DNA of 64,000 nt from Alphaproteobacteria bacterium. Its GTDB lineage: Bacteria; Pseudomonadota; Alphaproteobacteria; GCA-2731375. The stretch lies in contig CBDDBZ010000021.1 in the NCBI GenBank assembly GCA_965225945.1, positions 1 to 64,000 of the forward strand, read 5' to 3'. The notes below the pieces were generated by a model. The model saw only the letters and a program-made list of their open reading frames with translations. It was not told the origin of the DNA and searched no databases. The translations under genes were made by a program, and so were the position numbers. How positions within the stretch are numbered: the stretch's first letter is position 1; each line of letters starts with the position of its first letter. Positions 42,112 to 52,939 of this stretch are shown piece after piece.

Positions 42112-43920
42112 CTATTCCGCCGGCTGGACCGCGACGTTGGGATCGTCGCCATGCTCGGCGCTGAAGACGACCTCATTCTGCGGCACGTTTTGTGGCACGA
42201 AGTCCTGCTCTACGCCTGGCACGCTGTAGTCGTAGGCCCAGCGATAGACCACCGGTAGCGTCTCGCCAAAGTTGCCATGTCCCGGCGGCATTTCAGTTGT
42301 TTGCCACTCCAGCGTCGTGGCCCCCCAAGGGTTGCGTTCGGATTTCTTGCCTTTGTATGCGCTCCACACCAGGTTGAATATGAACATGATCTGGGTGGCG
42401 CCCACGGTCAATGCTACCACCGTGATGAAGGCGTTCAGAGGCTGGACCGACGGCGGGATGAAACTGGTTTCGCCCATTTCGAAATAGCGCCGCGGCACGC
42501 CCAGGAAGCCCAGGTAGTGGATCGGGAGGAAGATCGTATAGGCCCCGAGGAAGCTGACCCAGAAGTGAATTTTACCCATCGTTTCGTTGAGCATTCTGCC
42601 GGTCATCAAAGGGTACCAATGGTAGATCGCCCCAAAGATGACCATAATCGGCGCCACACCCATCACCATATGAAAGTGAGCAACCACGAACATGGTGTCG
42701 GAAAGCGGAACATCGACGACGACGTTGCCGAGGAGCAGGCCCGTGATCCCGCCGTGCACGAAGGTGATGATGAAGGCGATGGCAAACAGCATCGGAATCG
42801 TGAGGTGAATATTGCCCTTCCACAGGGTCAGCACCCAGTTGTAGACCTTGAGGGCGGTGGGGACGGCGATGATGAGCGTGGTGGTGGCGAAGAAGAAGCC
42901 GAACCACGGGTGCATGCCACTGACGTACATGTGGTGCGCCCACACCACGAAGCTGAGGGCGCCGATGACCACGATCGCCCAGACCATCATCCGATAGCCG
43001 AAGATGTTTCTTCTCGCATGGGTAGCGATCAGATCGGAGACGATACCGAAGCCGGGCAGGGCGACGATGTAGACTTCGGGATGGCCGAAAAACCAGAACA
43101 GGTGCTGAAACAATATTGGGCTGCCGCCACCGTATTTGAGATGCTCCCCCATCTCCACGATGAATGGCATGAAGAAGCTGGTCTCCAGGACCTTGTCGAA
43201 GGTCATCATCACGGCTCCGACAAACAAGGCGGGGAAGGCCAACAACGCCAGGACGGTGGCCATGAATATCCCCCAAACGGTCAAGGGCATGCGCATCAGC
43301 GTCATTCCCCGCGTCCGGGCCTGCAGCACCGTCACCACATAGTTCAACCCCCCCATGGTGAATCCGATGATGAAGAGAGCCAAGGAGACGAGCATCATGA
43401 CAATACCCGCATCCGACCCCGGCGTGCCGGAGAGGATGGCCTGGGGCGGATACAGGGTCCAGCCGGCGCCGGTCGGCCCGCCCGGCACGAAGAAGCTCGC
43501 CACCAGCACCAGCACGGCCAGCAGGTAGACCCAGTAGCTCACCATATTCACATAAGGGAAAACCATATCGCGGGCGCCGACCATCAAGGGGATGAGATAG
43601 TTGCCGAAGCCGCCCAAGAAAAGCGCCGTGAGCAGATAGATCACCATGATCATTCCGTGCATGGTGATGAACTGGTAGTAGTCGGCAGGGTCGATAAAGT
43701 CGAAGACCTCCGGGAATCCCAGTTGCAGCCGCATCAACCACGACGACGCCAACGCCACCAGGCCTATCGCGACGGCCGTGAACGAGTACTGGATGGCAAT
43801 GACTTTTGCGTCTTGAGAAAAGACGTATTTCGTCACCCAGCTTTTCGGATGGTAGAGTTCTACCTCCGGCACTTCCGCGGGGCGGACGAATTCGGCCTCG
43901 GCGGGTGCTAGTTCGGCCAT
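42112..43920 (-). CDS. coxN: cytochrome c oxidase subunit I (A1 type, CoxN-like)
   Basis: TMHG, FWFFGHPEVY, WAHHMY, VAHFH ligands intact. Confidence 0.92.
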   Translation of the reverse strand: MAELAPAEAEFVRPAEVPEVELYHPKSWVTKYVFSQDAKVIAIQYSFTAVAIGLVALASSWLMRLQLGFPEVFDFIDPADYYQFITMHGMIMVIYLLTALFLGGFGNYLIPLMVGARDMVFPYVNMVSYWVYLLAVLVLVASFFVPGGPTGAGWTLYPPQAILSGTPGSDAGIVMMLVSLALFIIGFTMGGLNYVVTVLQARTRGMTLMRMPLTVWGIFMATVLALLAFPALFVGAVMMTFDKVLETSFFMPFIVEMGEHLKYGGGSPILFQHLFWFFGHPEVYIVALPGFGIVSDLIATHARRNIFGYRMMVWAIVVIGALSFVVWAHHMYVSGMHPWFGFFFATTTLIIAVPTALKVYNWVLTLWKGNIHLTIPMLFAIAFIITFVHGGITGLLLGNVVVDVPLSDTMFVVAHFHMVMGVAPIMVIFGAIYHWYPLMTGRMLNETMGKIHFWVSFLGAYTIFLPIHYLGFLGVPRRYFEMGETSFIPPSVQPLNAFITVVALTVGATQIMFIFNLVWSAYKGKKSERNPWGATTLEWQTTEMPPGHGNFGETLPVVYRWAYDYSVPGVEQDFVPQNVPQNEVVFSAEHGDDPNVAVQPAE

Positions 43921-43957
43921 CAGATTACCCTCTTCGCTTCCAATTTGTCGGGCGCCA

Positions 43958-44839
43958 TCAATTTGACGCCCATTGTCTGGATCCACTCTCCGCGGATTCC
44001 GGCGTCCTCTCACTCGAGATCACGCCATCCGCCTTGCCGTTCCCGGCTCGAGCCAACAGTTCCGCGAACGTCGGCTGCTCTTGCAACCACGCCTGAAAGG
44101 AACTTTCTTCCTCCACCACGACCGAGCCACGCATCACATAGTGGCCGGTACCACACAATTCGAAGCAGAGTATATCGAATGTCCCAACCCTGGTGGGGAT
44201 GAACCAGAAGTAGGTGACCAAACCCGGCACCAGATCCATTTTGGCGCGGAACTCCGGTACGTAAAAGTCGTGCAGGACGTCTATGGAGCGGAGCAACACC
44301 TTGACCGGCTGGTCGAGCGGTAGGTGTAACTCGCTGTCTTCGATCAGGACATCGTCCCGCCCGTTGGCATCGTTCGGATTAATCCCAAACGGGTTGTCAT
44401 CGCTGATGTTTCGGACATCCGAGGTGCCCAACACACCGTCTTTCCCGGGGAAGCGGAAGGTCCATTCCCACTGCTTGCCCACGACCTCGAATTCCGCCGC
44501 GCCTTCCGGCACGGTGATGAATTTGTCCCACACGAACAAGCCGGGAGTCAACATTACCGCGACACCCACCGCGGTCCCCACGGTGAGCCACACCTCCATC
44601 TTCGTGTTCTCCGGCTCGTATGCCGCTCGCTTTCCGCGCGTGTGATGATAACGGTACACGCAATAGGACATAAACAAGAGGACGACGATGAAAACAAATC
44701 CAGTGACCCAAAAGGTGATGATGATCGTGTCGTCGATGTAGCCCCAGTTCGAGGCGATTGGCGTCCACCACCAGGGGCTCATAAAGTGAAATATGACGGT
44801 GCCGACGATCACCAATACCAGCACGATTGCAACGAACAT
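43958..44839 (-). CDS. coxM: cytochrome c oxidase subunit II (CoxM-like)
   Basis: DVLHDF and CuA motif CFELCGTGHYVM. Confidence 0.9.
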   Translation of the reverse strand: MFVAIVLVLVIVGTVIFHFMSPWWWTPIASNWGYIDDTIIITFWVTGFVFIVVLLFMSYCVYRYHHTRGKRAAYEPENTKMEVWLTVGTAVGVAVMLTPGLFVWDKFITVPEGAAEFEVVGKQWEWTFRFPGKDGVLGTSDVRNISDDNPFGINPNDANGRDDVLIEDSELHLPLDQPVKVLLRSIDVLHDFYVPEFRAKMDLVPGLVTYFWFIPTRVGTFDILCFELCGTGHYVMRGSVVVEEESSFQAWLQEQPTFAELLARAGNGKADGVISSERTPESAESGSRQWASN

Positions 44840-45632
44840 CGCTCAACTATCCTTGTATCGCACGCGGTTCGACCCGCCCGCCGTCCGTGTCCGCCATGAC
44901 GTCGGGAGCAGCGGTGACGATCTCGCCGTGAGCGGCCGTGCCCCGAATCGTCCCATGGAACGCGGCGAAGGGGGACGGCGTTCGAGAAAACCGGTTGGCC
45001 CGCGCAAAGTCCCCGAGCACCGTCCACCGAGCCGTCGTCAGCCGCTCCACGAGCTCCTCGTCGGACGCGGTGCGCCCGAAGTGCATGTCCTACTCCACGA
45101 TGTCGCGACTGTCCACCTTCAGTTCCCGAGCATGCGACGATGGTAGCGATTCCGGATTATATTGACAAGCTATCAGCTTGGGAACCATACTCTGTGGGTT
45201 CTGTGTCGATACGAGATTGGCCAACACGGGGGTTGCAGGTAGAGACGAGATGCAAATCAGTCGCAACGCCCCCATGGGCGTCGAGACCTTGGTGCGCCTG
45301 GCCGGGCACCGCCTGAAAGCAATGCCGGGCGACGCCCTCGGTCCGGCTCGGCTCCCCTAATTGCAGATCACGCCGCGGTGCCGCCGAGCCGCGGGCAACC
45401 TTCGCGCGCCCATTAGCCGCGCGCCCGTTAGCCGTCGCTCCGGAAAAAAGCTCACCCGCCGGCGGAATGGCTCGTGGAGCCGGCCGCCTCGCCGCCGGCT
45501 CGCGCACCAATCGCAGGACGTTCGCGCCCAAGCGACACCGGGCGGGGCGAGGTCGAGGCGGCCCAGGCGATAATGCTCTAACCAAGCCGCCAAACCGTCC
45601 AACCATGTGGGACCACCTCGGGAGCTACGACC

Positions 45633-46424
45633 ATGGCGAATGATCATGCAATCACCGCTCAACCAACCATCCGAGTAATCACCATGGCCGACCTCGGCGA
45701 CGCTTTGGCTAAAGGCCTCGCCGACTTTAAAGCGACGCCAACCCACTTGTTGTTCCTTTGCGTGATCTATCCCGTCGTCATAGTCGTTTCCATCAGAGTT
45801 GCCGCCGGCTACGACGTGTTGCCGCTGGTCTTCCCACTGCTTGCCGGATATACCCTGATCGGCCCCTTGGTCGCGGTCGGCACCTACGAGCTGAGCCGAC
45901 GTGGCGAGCTGGGTCTCGAGGTCTCTTGGCTGCATGCCTTCGACGTCTTCCGAACCGCGTCTATCCGCGGAATCGGGGTGCTCACCGTCATGCTGATGGC
46001 AATTTACTTCGCTTGGCTGGGCGCGGCGCAGGTCATCTACGAGCTTACCTTCGGCGGCGCGGTGCCGGTGTCGATCGCGGAGTTCGCCAGCCAAGTCCTC
46101 ACCACCCCCTCCGGCTGGGCACTAATATTCGTGGGCTGCGGCGTCGGCTTCCTCTTCGCGGTCGTCGTGTTCACCATGAGCGTGGTGTCCTTTCCCCTGC
46201 TTCTGGACCGGGACATCGGCGCCGTGATGGCGATTCAAACATCAATAAGAGCGGTTTCCGCGAGCCCCATAACGATGGCGGCGTGGGGCCTCATCGTCGC
46301 CGGCACTCTGCTGATCGGCTCCTTACCCTTGTTCGTCGGCCTCGCGATCGTGCTGCCGGTACTCGGACATTCGACCTGGCATGTGTATCGCAAGGCCGTG
46401 CGCTGGCCTGGTGAAGAGCGTTGA
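45633..46424 (+). CDS. DUF2189-type integral membrane protein
   Basis: DALAKGLADF, GTYELSRR, PVLGHSTWHVYR; divergent from the cox operon. Confidence 0.82.
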   Translation: MANDHAITAQPTIRVITMADLGDALAKGLADFKATPTHLLFLCVIYPVVIVVSIRVAAGYDVLPLVFPLLAGYTLIGPLVAVGTYELSRRGELGLEVSWLHAFDVFRTASIRGIGVLTVMLMAIYFAWLGAAQVIYELTFGGAVPVSIAEFASQVLTTPSGWALIFVGCGVGFLFAVVVFTMSVVSFPLLLDRDIGAVMAIQTSIRAVSASPITMAAWGLIVAGTLLIGSLPLFVGLAIVLPVLGHSTWHVYRKAVRWPGEER

Positions 46425-46696
46425 TGGCTTAGCGAGCGATATCTGGCTTGTCCCAGCCACGCTCCCGGCGGTCGTTTCGACGAGCCAGTCACCCACGGCT
46501 CCCACACCACCCCCTTGGACCCGACCGCCAAATGGGCCGAGAGAGACATCGGCGTGGAAATCACCGAATTGACCGCGCCAATTCGTCTTACTGCTCGTTA
46601 CGGCGATGCGTCGAGCGCCACGATCTCGGCTGTCGTCGGGAGGACTCCCAACGCCTCTCAAATCCTATAATATCTTTAAAAACAATAGTTTAGTTT

Positions 46697-46771
46697 TGGC
46701 TGGGGCGCCAGGATTCGAACCTGGGATCGCGGGATCAAAACCCACTGCCTTAACCTCTTGGCTACGCCCCA
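46697..46771 (-). tRNA. tRNA-Gln(TTG)
   Basis: TGGGGCGTAGCCAAGAGGTTAAGGCAGTGGGTTTTGATCCCGCGATCCCAGGTTCGAATCCTGGCGCCCCAGCCA: cloverleaf, TTG anticodon, GTTCGAA T-loop, encoded CCA. Confidence 0.95.
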
Positions 46772-46957
46772 TCCAGGCGCGTCGCCCACTCGGGCGGCGG
46801 ACGCGGCGGACGATCACGAGGCCGTTCCTAGAGGAGAGCCGAGGCAAACTCAAGCCATGAGCCGCTAAATTGGCCGACCCGGCCCCCCGGCTTGCGCTTT
46901 GGCCGTCGCCCTCCAGGCGATAGGATGGCGCCCGAGGCGGGCGGGGAGGTGGCGGCG

Positions 46958-47956
46958 ATGCGGGTGGCGTTGATCGAGGTCTCGCACTGGCACTATCCGC
47001 TCTACGTCCCGGGCTTGAGCGTGCCGGGGGTGGACGTGGTCGCGGTCTCCGACCGGCTGGGCGAGGCTCGCGGGCGCGAGGCCGCGCGCTACGGCGCCCG
47101 GGCGCACGACGATCCCTTTCGTCTGATCGCGGAAGAGGATTTCGACCTCGCCTTCGCCTTCGGCCGGCACGACGAGATGGCGGCGATCGGTCTGGCCTTG
47201 GTCGAGAAGGGGGTGCCCTTCGCGATTGAGAAGCCGGCGGGGCTGAACGCGGCGGAGGTCGCGCGCCTCGCCCGGGCGGCGGCGGCCCGCGAGCTCTATG
47301 TCGCCGTCCCCTTGATCCAGCGCCTCGGGCCCCTCGGCCGCCTCGCCGACCGACTGCGGGGCGAGGGCGCGCGCTTCACCTCGGCCTCCTGGCGCTTCTT
47401 CGCCGGCCCGCCCGAGCGCTATCCCCGGGCCGAGAGCGCCTGGATGTTGGAGCCGGAAAAGAGCGGCGGCGGCTCGTTGATGAACCTCGCCAATCATTTC
47501 ATCGATTTCTCGCTTCGACTCTTGGGGGCCGAGGCAGAGAGCGTCTTCGCCCGGCTCTCCTCGGCGCTGCACGGCCGCGCGGTGGAGGACTATGCGATGC
47601 TGTCGCTGGCGCTGACCAACGGGACCTCGGCGATGATCGAGACCGGCTATGGCTTCCCCGATTCTTCGGCCAAGCGGGAGTATTCCTTCACCCTGGTGGC
47701 GGAGGACCGCTTGGTCCGAAGCCGGGAGGACGGCGTGACGCTCTACAACACCGGCGACGCGGGCACGGCCGAGACGATAGCCATGGACCTCGACACCGAT
47801 CCGCTCTATGGCGAGTTCACCGCCCGGGTGCTCGCCGAGGCCCGGACGGGCGCGCGGGCGGTGGCGGATCTGGACGATTTGGCGCGGGTGATGCGGATCG
47901 TCGACGCGGGCTATCGGGCCGCCGCGCTGGGCGCGGCCGTGGCGCCGCTCCGCTGA
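46958..47956 (+). CDS. Gfo/Idh/MocA oxidoreductase
   Basis: AIEKPAG, SGGGSLMNLANHFID. Confidence 0.85.
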   Translation: MRVALIEVSHWHYPLYVPGLSVPGVDVVAVSDRLGEARGREAARYGARAHDDPFRLIAEEDFDLAFAFGRHDEMAAIGLALVEKGVPFAIEKPAGLNAAEVARLARAAAARELYVAVPLIQRLGPLGRLADRLRGEGARFTSASWRFFAGPPERYPRAESAWMLEPEKSGGGSLMNLANHFIDFSLRLLGAEAESVFARLSSALHGRAVEDYAMLSLALTNGTSAMIETGYGFPDSSAKREYSFTLVAEDRLVRSREDGVTLYNTGDAGTAETIAMDLDTDPLYGEFTARVLAEARTGARAVADLDDLARVMRIVDAGYRAAALGAAVAPLR

Positions 47957-47970
47957 GGGGAGGTGAGGCG

Positions 47971-49143
47971 ATGAGCCCGCGAGCGAGGCCGAAAGGGAAG
48001 CGTGGCCGGGCCTTCGCCGGCGAGAAGGCGCACCAGGCACTTCGCCGGGCGACGCGCCAGCCCCTGATGGTGGGCCTCTTCCTGCCGCACCAGCAGGGCG
48101 CCTGGAGCCCCTCGGCGGCCCCGCGTGGCACCGAGTGGAGCTTCGACTACAACGCCCGCCTGGCCCGCCGCGCGGACGAGCTGGGCTTCGATCTGGTCTT
48201 CGCGCTGGCGCAATGGCTCCCCAAGGGCGGCTACGGCGGCGAGATCAAATTCCGCGAGAACACGCTCGATCCCTTCATCACCTCGGCCGGTCTGGCGCCG
48301 CTGACCAAGCGGGTGCTGCTGATCGCGACGGTGCATATCCTCTATGGCTGGCATCCCCTGCACCTGGCCAAATACGGCGCGGTGATCGACCACATGAGCG
48401 GCGGACGCTGGGGCCTCAACGTGGTCACCGGCTATAAGAAGAGCGAGTTTCGCATGTTCGGCCTGGCCCCGGTGGCGCACGATGCGCGCTACGCCATGGC
48501 CGACGAATTCACCACGGTGATGCGCCGGCTCTGGTCGGAGGACCGGCCCTTGAACTTCGAGGGGCGTTGGTGGCGGACGGAAGAGGCCTATGTCGCGCCG
48601 AAGCCGGTGCACAATCGGATCGTGCTGGTGAGCGCCGCCAGCTCACCCGCCGGCATCGACTACGCCGCCCGCCACTCGGACATCATCTTCGTGACCTCGC
48701 CGGCCGGCGCCGAGGCGAAGGCGGCCCTCGAGGCGCTGCCGGCGCACACGGCCCGGGTGCGCGAAGCGGCCCGCGCCCATGGCCGCGAGGTGAAGATCGT
48801 CATCAACCCCCATGTCATCTGCCGCGACAGCGAGCGCGAGGCCAAGGCGCAGTACCGCCGCATCCTGGCGGGCGCCGATCCCGTGGCGCTGGACAACTTC
48901 GTCGGCGCCTTCCGTTCCGGCGATCAGGCCTCCTGGCGGCGGCACAAGAAGTCGAGCTGGGCGGTCGGCGGCAACGTCCACCTGGTCGGCTCGCCGGAAC
49001 AGATCGTCGAGTGGTTCCAGCGCCTCAGGCAAGCCGGCTTGGACGGCGTGCAGATCAACTTCTTCGATTTCCTACCGGAGCTGGAGTTCTTCGGCGCCCG
49101 GGTGCTGCCGCTGATGCGCGAGGCGGGCTTGCGGCTCGATTGA
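47971..49143 (+). CDS. LLM-class flavin-dependent monooxygenase
   Basis: ADELGFD, IDHMSGGRWGLNVVTG, LVGSPEQI. Confidence 0.9.
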   Translation: MSPRARPKGKRGRAFAGEKAHQALRRATRQPLMVGLFLPHQQGAWSPSAAPRGTEWSFDYNARLARRADELGFDLVFALAQWLPKGGYGGEIKFRENTLDPFITSAGLAPLTKRVLLIATVHILYGWHPLHLAKYGAVIDHMSGGRWGLNVVTGYKKSEFRMFGLAPVAHDARYAMADEFTTVMRRLWSEDRPLNFEGRWWRTEEAYVAPKPVHNRIVLVSAASSPAGIDYAARHSDIIFVTSPAGAEAKAALEALPAHTARVREAARAHGREVKIVINPHVICRDSEREAKAQYRRILAGADPVALDNFVGAFRSGDQASWRRHKKSSWAVGGNVHLVGSPEQIVEWFQRLRQAGLDGVQINFFDFLPELEFFGARVLPLMREAGLRLD

Positions 49144-49294
49144 AGGGCTTGGCGCCACGAACGATGTGGATGAACGGGGCGCTGCGTCCGCGATGGGGAC
49201 CGGCGGATTGGGGTTGCGGGGAGGCAATACCTAGCTTCGGACCGCCGCGCTTGCTCGGACCGTCGGCAACGACGAAAGCCCAGGCCCCCGGCGC

Positions 49295-49762
49295 TCAGCT
49301 CCGGCGCTCGATCCGGCCCTCGATGTGGCGCGCGAGCTTGAGCGTCACGCGGCCGTCGACCAGCAGGTCGTTGTCGTCCTGGTAGTCCTCGATCGCAAAT
49401 CGAGTACGCCGGCCCATGACGCCGTCGATCGGTCCGGGGTCGTAGCCGAGCTTGGCGAGACCGGCCTGGACCCGGCTGACCGCCGACTTGTTCGCCGACC
49501 TGTTCGGCGCGCCGGAGTCCGAGGCCCAGATCGGATCGCCCAGGTTGATCGTGTCCTCGCTGGTGAGCGCCCCGGTGAGGCCGCCGGCCGCCGCGCCGAT
49601 CAGCACGCCGTGCAGTACCGAAAGGCCGGTGACCGCGCCCACGACCGCGCCGGCGGTCGCACCGATGCCGGCGCCCGAAACCGTACGGTCGCCGGTGCTG
49701 CTGCCGCAGGCGGCCAGCGCCAGGCAGAGGCAGATCGTCATTGCTGTGGCCGTCGTTCTCAT
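49295..49762 (-). CDS. lipoprotein with glycine zipper and peptidoglycan-binding domain
   Basis: Lipobox LAAC, GAGIGATAGAVVG, LGYDPGPIDGVMG. Confidence 0.85.
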   Translation of the reverse strand: MRTTATAMTICLCLALAACGSSTGDRTVSGAGIGATAGAVVGAVTGLSVLHGVLIGAAAGGLTGALTSEDTINLGDPIWASDSGAPNRSANKSAVSRVQAGLAKLGYDPGPIDGVMGRRTRFAIEDYQDDNDLLVDGRVTLKLARHIEGRIERRS

Positions 49763-49989
49763 CGTTCCAATTCCTCTTCGTCCGCGAGGCGGACGGGCAT
49801 TTCTCGTTCCCACCTATCATATTGGGGGGTCCGCCGGCGAATTCAGTGACCGTCGTCACTTTTCCGAGCCCGGGTCCTAGCCTGATTCGCCCGCGCGGTC
49901 TCGCCTGGCCGCCCGCTCGCGCGGCGTCGCGCGGCCCTCCCTCGTCGTTTCCCTGCTATGCTCACCGCACCGGTGAGGCGACGGCGAGC

Positions 49990-50790
49990 ATGGCGGAGGT
50001 TCTGATGAGGCTGGAGGCGGCCGAACGGGCGGCTTGGGAGGAACGGGGCTTCCTCTTCATGGAAGGCTTGCTGTCGGCGGCGGAGATGGCGGTGGTGGAC
50101 GCCGCGCTGCCTCGACTGCTGGGCTTGCGCCGACGCGAGACGGTACTGGAGAAGGACGGTGAGACCGTTCGCTCGCTCCTCAACCTGCATCTCTACGACG
50201 CGGTCTTCGACCGGCTGGTGCGCCATCCGAAGCTGATCGGACCCGCCCGCGACCTCCTCGGCGACGAGGTTTACATCTTCCAATCCATCCTGAACCTGAA
50301 GCGGCCCTTCACCGGCGACGTCTGGCAGTGGCACCAGGATTTTCCGACCTATCACGCCGACGATGCGATGCCGGCGCCGCGCGTGGTCAACGTCCTGCTC
50401 TTCATCGAGGCGGTGAACGAGTTCAACGGGCCGCTGATGCTGATCCCGGGGTCGCAGCGGGAGTACTTCATGCTGCCGGAGGTCGACACGACGACCACCA
50501 GCTATCCCCTGCGCCGGCTGGAGGCGGCGGACATCGGCGGCTTCGCGGAAGCGAACGGCATCGTCGCGCCGAAGGGGCCGGCCGGTTCGGCGATCTTCGC
50601 CCACACCAACATCATCCACGGCTCCAACCCCAACATGTCGCCCTGGGGCCGGGCGATGCTGTCGCTGACGCTGAATTCGGTGGCGAACCGGACCACGCGG
50701 CCCTCGGTCCGCCCGGCCCACGTCACGCTCGACGATTTCACCCCGGTGGTGGCGCTCGAGGAAGACTGCCTACTGAGCCTGGCGGGCTGA
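49990..50790 (+). CDS. phytanoyl-CoA dioxygenase (PhyH/EctD-like) family protein
   Basis: WQWHQD, NGPLMLIPGS, IIHGS. Confidence 0.88.
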   Translation: MAEVLMRLEAAERAAWEERGFLFMEGLLSAAEMAVVDAALPRLLGLRRRETVLEKDGETVRSLLNLHLYDAVFDRLVRHPKLIGPARDLLGDEVYIFQSILNLKRPFTGDVWQWHQDFPTYHADDAMPAPRVVNVLLFIEAVNEFNGPLMLIPGSQREYFMLPEVDTTTTSYPLRRLEAADIGGFAEANGIVAPKGPAGSAIFAHTNIIHGSNPNMSPWGRAMLSLTLNSVANRTTRPSVRPAHVTLDDFTPVVALEEDCLLSLAG

Positions 50791-50910
50791 AGCGTCGTCC
50801 GCCCGAGCGGAATTACCCGGCTACACACTCTCCCGCCGAATACCCGGGAGGCGGTACTTTCGGGCTGGCCGGGCGGAGCCAAGCGCGCCGCATCCTGCTA
50901 CACTGAGGGC

Positions 50911-51822
50911 ATGAGATTCGGGCCGCTCGCGATCGTGATCCTGCTCCTCCCCCTCGCCGCCCTGGCGGAGATCCGGGGCGGCGTCCGGGTGCTCGACGGC
51001 GACACGATTTCGGTGCAGGGGATCCAAATCGAGATCGACGGCATCGACGCGCCCGAGCCGGAACAACGCTGCCTGAGGGATAGCGGCCGATCCTATGCCT
51101 GCGGCGAGCTGGCGACCCGGGCGCTGAGGACCATCATCGGTGGCCGGCGGGTTCGGTGCGAGGAGCTGGGAAAGACGGTCACCGGCACGATACGCGCCCG
51201 TTGCCGGTTGCGTCGGCGCGATCTCGGCCAGGAGATGCTGGCGCTCGGCTGGGCCCTGGCACACGAAGGCGCGGCGAGGGACTACGCCGAGGCGCAAGCC
51301 CGGGCCGAGACGGCGCGGGAGGGCATCTGGTCCGGTCGCTTCGTCCCGCCCTGGGAGTGGCGCCAAGGCAAGCGGATCGTCGAGAGCCCGGCCGCGCCGG
51401 CGCCGCCCGCGACCACCGCCGCCCGCCCGCCCGCTCCGGCGCCGGTGATCGCGCGGAGGTCGGGTTCAGCCCCGGCGCCCGCCCGCGCGTCCAAGTCGGC
51501 GCCGGCCTCGGCGCGCGAGGAAACCGTGACGCCGACCAGCGCCGCGCCGAAGCGAGAACGACCGCCTGCGGCACCGGCGCGCGCCGCCCCGTCGGCGCCC
51601 GCCTCGCCCCGGGTATCGGTGAAGCCTAGCGCGCGACGAGGCGCCGGCCGCCATCCCGCCGGCTGCCCGATCAAGGGCAACATCGACGCCATCGGTCGGC
51701 GCTTCTACTACCTGCCGGGAACCAAGTGGTACAACATCATAGCGATCAATACCGAGGCCGGCGAACGTTGGTTCTGCAACGAAAATGATGCCATGGCAGC
51801 CGGCTGGCGCAAGTTCCCCTGA
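50911..51822 (+). CDS. exported thermonuclease (SNase)-family protein with Pro/Ala linker and C-terminal IKGNI domain
   Basis: VLDGDT, GIDAPE, GIWSG; CPIKGNI..YYLPG..ERWFC..AAGWR. Confidence 0.85.
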   Translation: MRFGPLAIVILLLPLAALAEIRGGVRVLDGDTISVQGIQIEIDGIDAPEPEQRCLRDSGRSYACGELATRALRTIIGGRRVRCEELGKTVTGTIRARCRLRRRDLGQEMLALGWALAHEGAARDYAEAQARAETAREGIWSGRFVPPWEWRQGKRIVESPAAPAPPATTAARPPAPAPVIARRSGSAPAPARASKSAPASAREETVTPTSAAPKRERPPAAPARAAPSAPASPRVSVKPSARRGAGRHPAGCPIKGNIDAIGRRFYYLPGTKWYNIIAINTEAGERWFCNENDAMAAGWRKFP

Positions 51823-51852
51823 TGGCGCCGGGTCGCGATCGAAATCGCGGCG

Positions 51853-52010
51853 CAGATCACCACGATCAACTTCTATCAGCGCGTCGGTCACCTGGACGCC
51901 GCCGCCTGCGACGATTTCGTCAATTCGGGCAATGATTTCGTCATCCTCGACGACGAGGTGATCAAGAAAGGCCAGGAGCTGTCCTTCGCCTGGGCCGACA
52001 AGGCCGGGGA
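51853..52010 (+). pseudogene. possible TRAP substrate-binding (DctP) C-terminal relic
   Basis: Startless fragment QITTINFYQRVGHLDAAA..FVNSGN..VILDDEV..FAWADKA with coding-like codon use. Confidence 0.4.
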
Positions 52011-52106
52011 GTCGCCATTTATGGCGGCTGGTTCTCTACATGAGGCTGCCGTGTCAAGTTGATTCGGCCTTTGTGACGGGTGGCGGGGCGGGACAAGTCA
52101 ATCGCG

Positions 52107-52141
52107 AAAAAGTCCCTCGGCTTCGCCTCGGTGGGCTTTTT
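52107..52141. terminator. putative bidirectional intrinsic terminator downstream of rpsD
   Basis: aaaaagtccc...gggcttttt inverted repeat with A/T tails. Confidence 0.5.
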
Positions 52142-52199
52142 CCCGAACAATTATCCGAGAGCGCGAGGTAAAAATCGAGTTTGCCGGCGCGTTGGTGGA

Positions 52200-52815
52200 T
52201 CAGCGCGAATAATACTCAATCACCAGGTTCGGCTCCATGCGGACCGGGTAGGGCACGTCGGCGAATTTCGGCACCCGCGTGAAGGTGCCTCGCATGGTGC
52301 GGTAGTCGACCTCGACATAGTCGGGGGTATCGCGCTCGGCGCTGTCGATCGCCTCCAGCAGCATCACCATCTGGCGCGATTTCTCCCGTACCTCGACGAC
52401 GTCGCCCTCGGCCACCCGGAAACTCGGGATGGTGACCCGGCGGCCGTTCACCGAGACATGACCGTGGTTGACGAACTGTCGGGCGGCGAACACCGTCGGC
52501 ACGAACTTCATGCGATAGACCACGGCGTCCAAGCGGCGCTCCAAGAGGCCGATCAAGTTTTCCGAGGTATCGCCCCGGCGCCTCACCGCCTCCGCGTAGA
52601 CCCGGCGGAATTGCTTCTCGGTGATGTTGCCGTAGTAGCCCTTGAGCTTCTGTTTGGCGGAGAGCTGGATGCCGTAATCGGACGGCTTGCGCCGGCGCTG
52701 ACCGTGTTGGCCGGGGCCGTATTCGCGCCGGTTCACCGGGCTCTTCGGCCGGCCCCAGAGATTTTCGCCGAGCCGCCGGTTCAGCTTGTATTTCGAATGT
52801 CCGTCTCGTCGTCAT
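52200..52815 (-). CDS. rpsD: 30S ribosomal protein S4 (5' end disrupted by repeat)
   Basis: [32 protein letters not shown]...[11 protein letters not shown]...VIEYYSR; the ATG at 52815 is out of frame. Confidence 0.92.
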
Positions 52816-52939
52816 GTCCGTCTCGTCGTCATGTCCGTCTCGTCCGTCCGTTCGTCGTCATGTCCGTCTCGTCGTCATGTCCGTCTCGTCGTCATGTCCG
52901 TCTCGTCGTCATGTCCGTCTCGTCGTCATGTCCGTCTCG
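52797..52939. repeat. 17-bp tandem repeat (atgtccgtctcgtcgtc)n
   Basis: Six perfect units, one degenerate 29-nt unit (52831-52859) and one partial unit. Confidence 0.95.

Noticed and set aside
45160-45180. FNR/FixK box upstream of the cox operon
   Set aside because: ttgac-N5-atcag has the wrong spacing and mismatches to TTGAT-N4-ATCAA.
52797-52939. CRISPR array
   Set aside because: Units are contiguous 17-mers with no spacers, and no cas genes are present.
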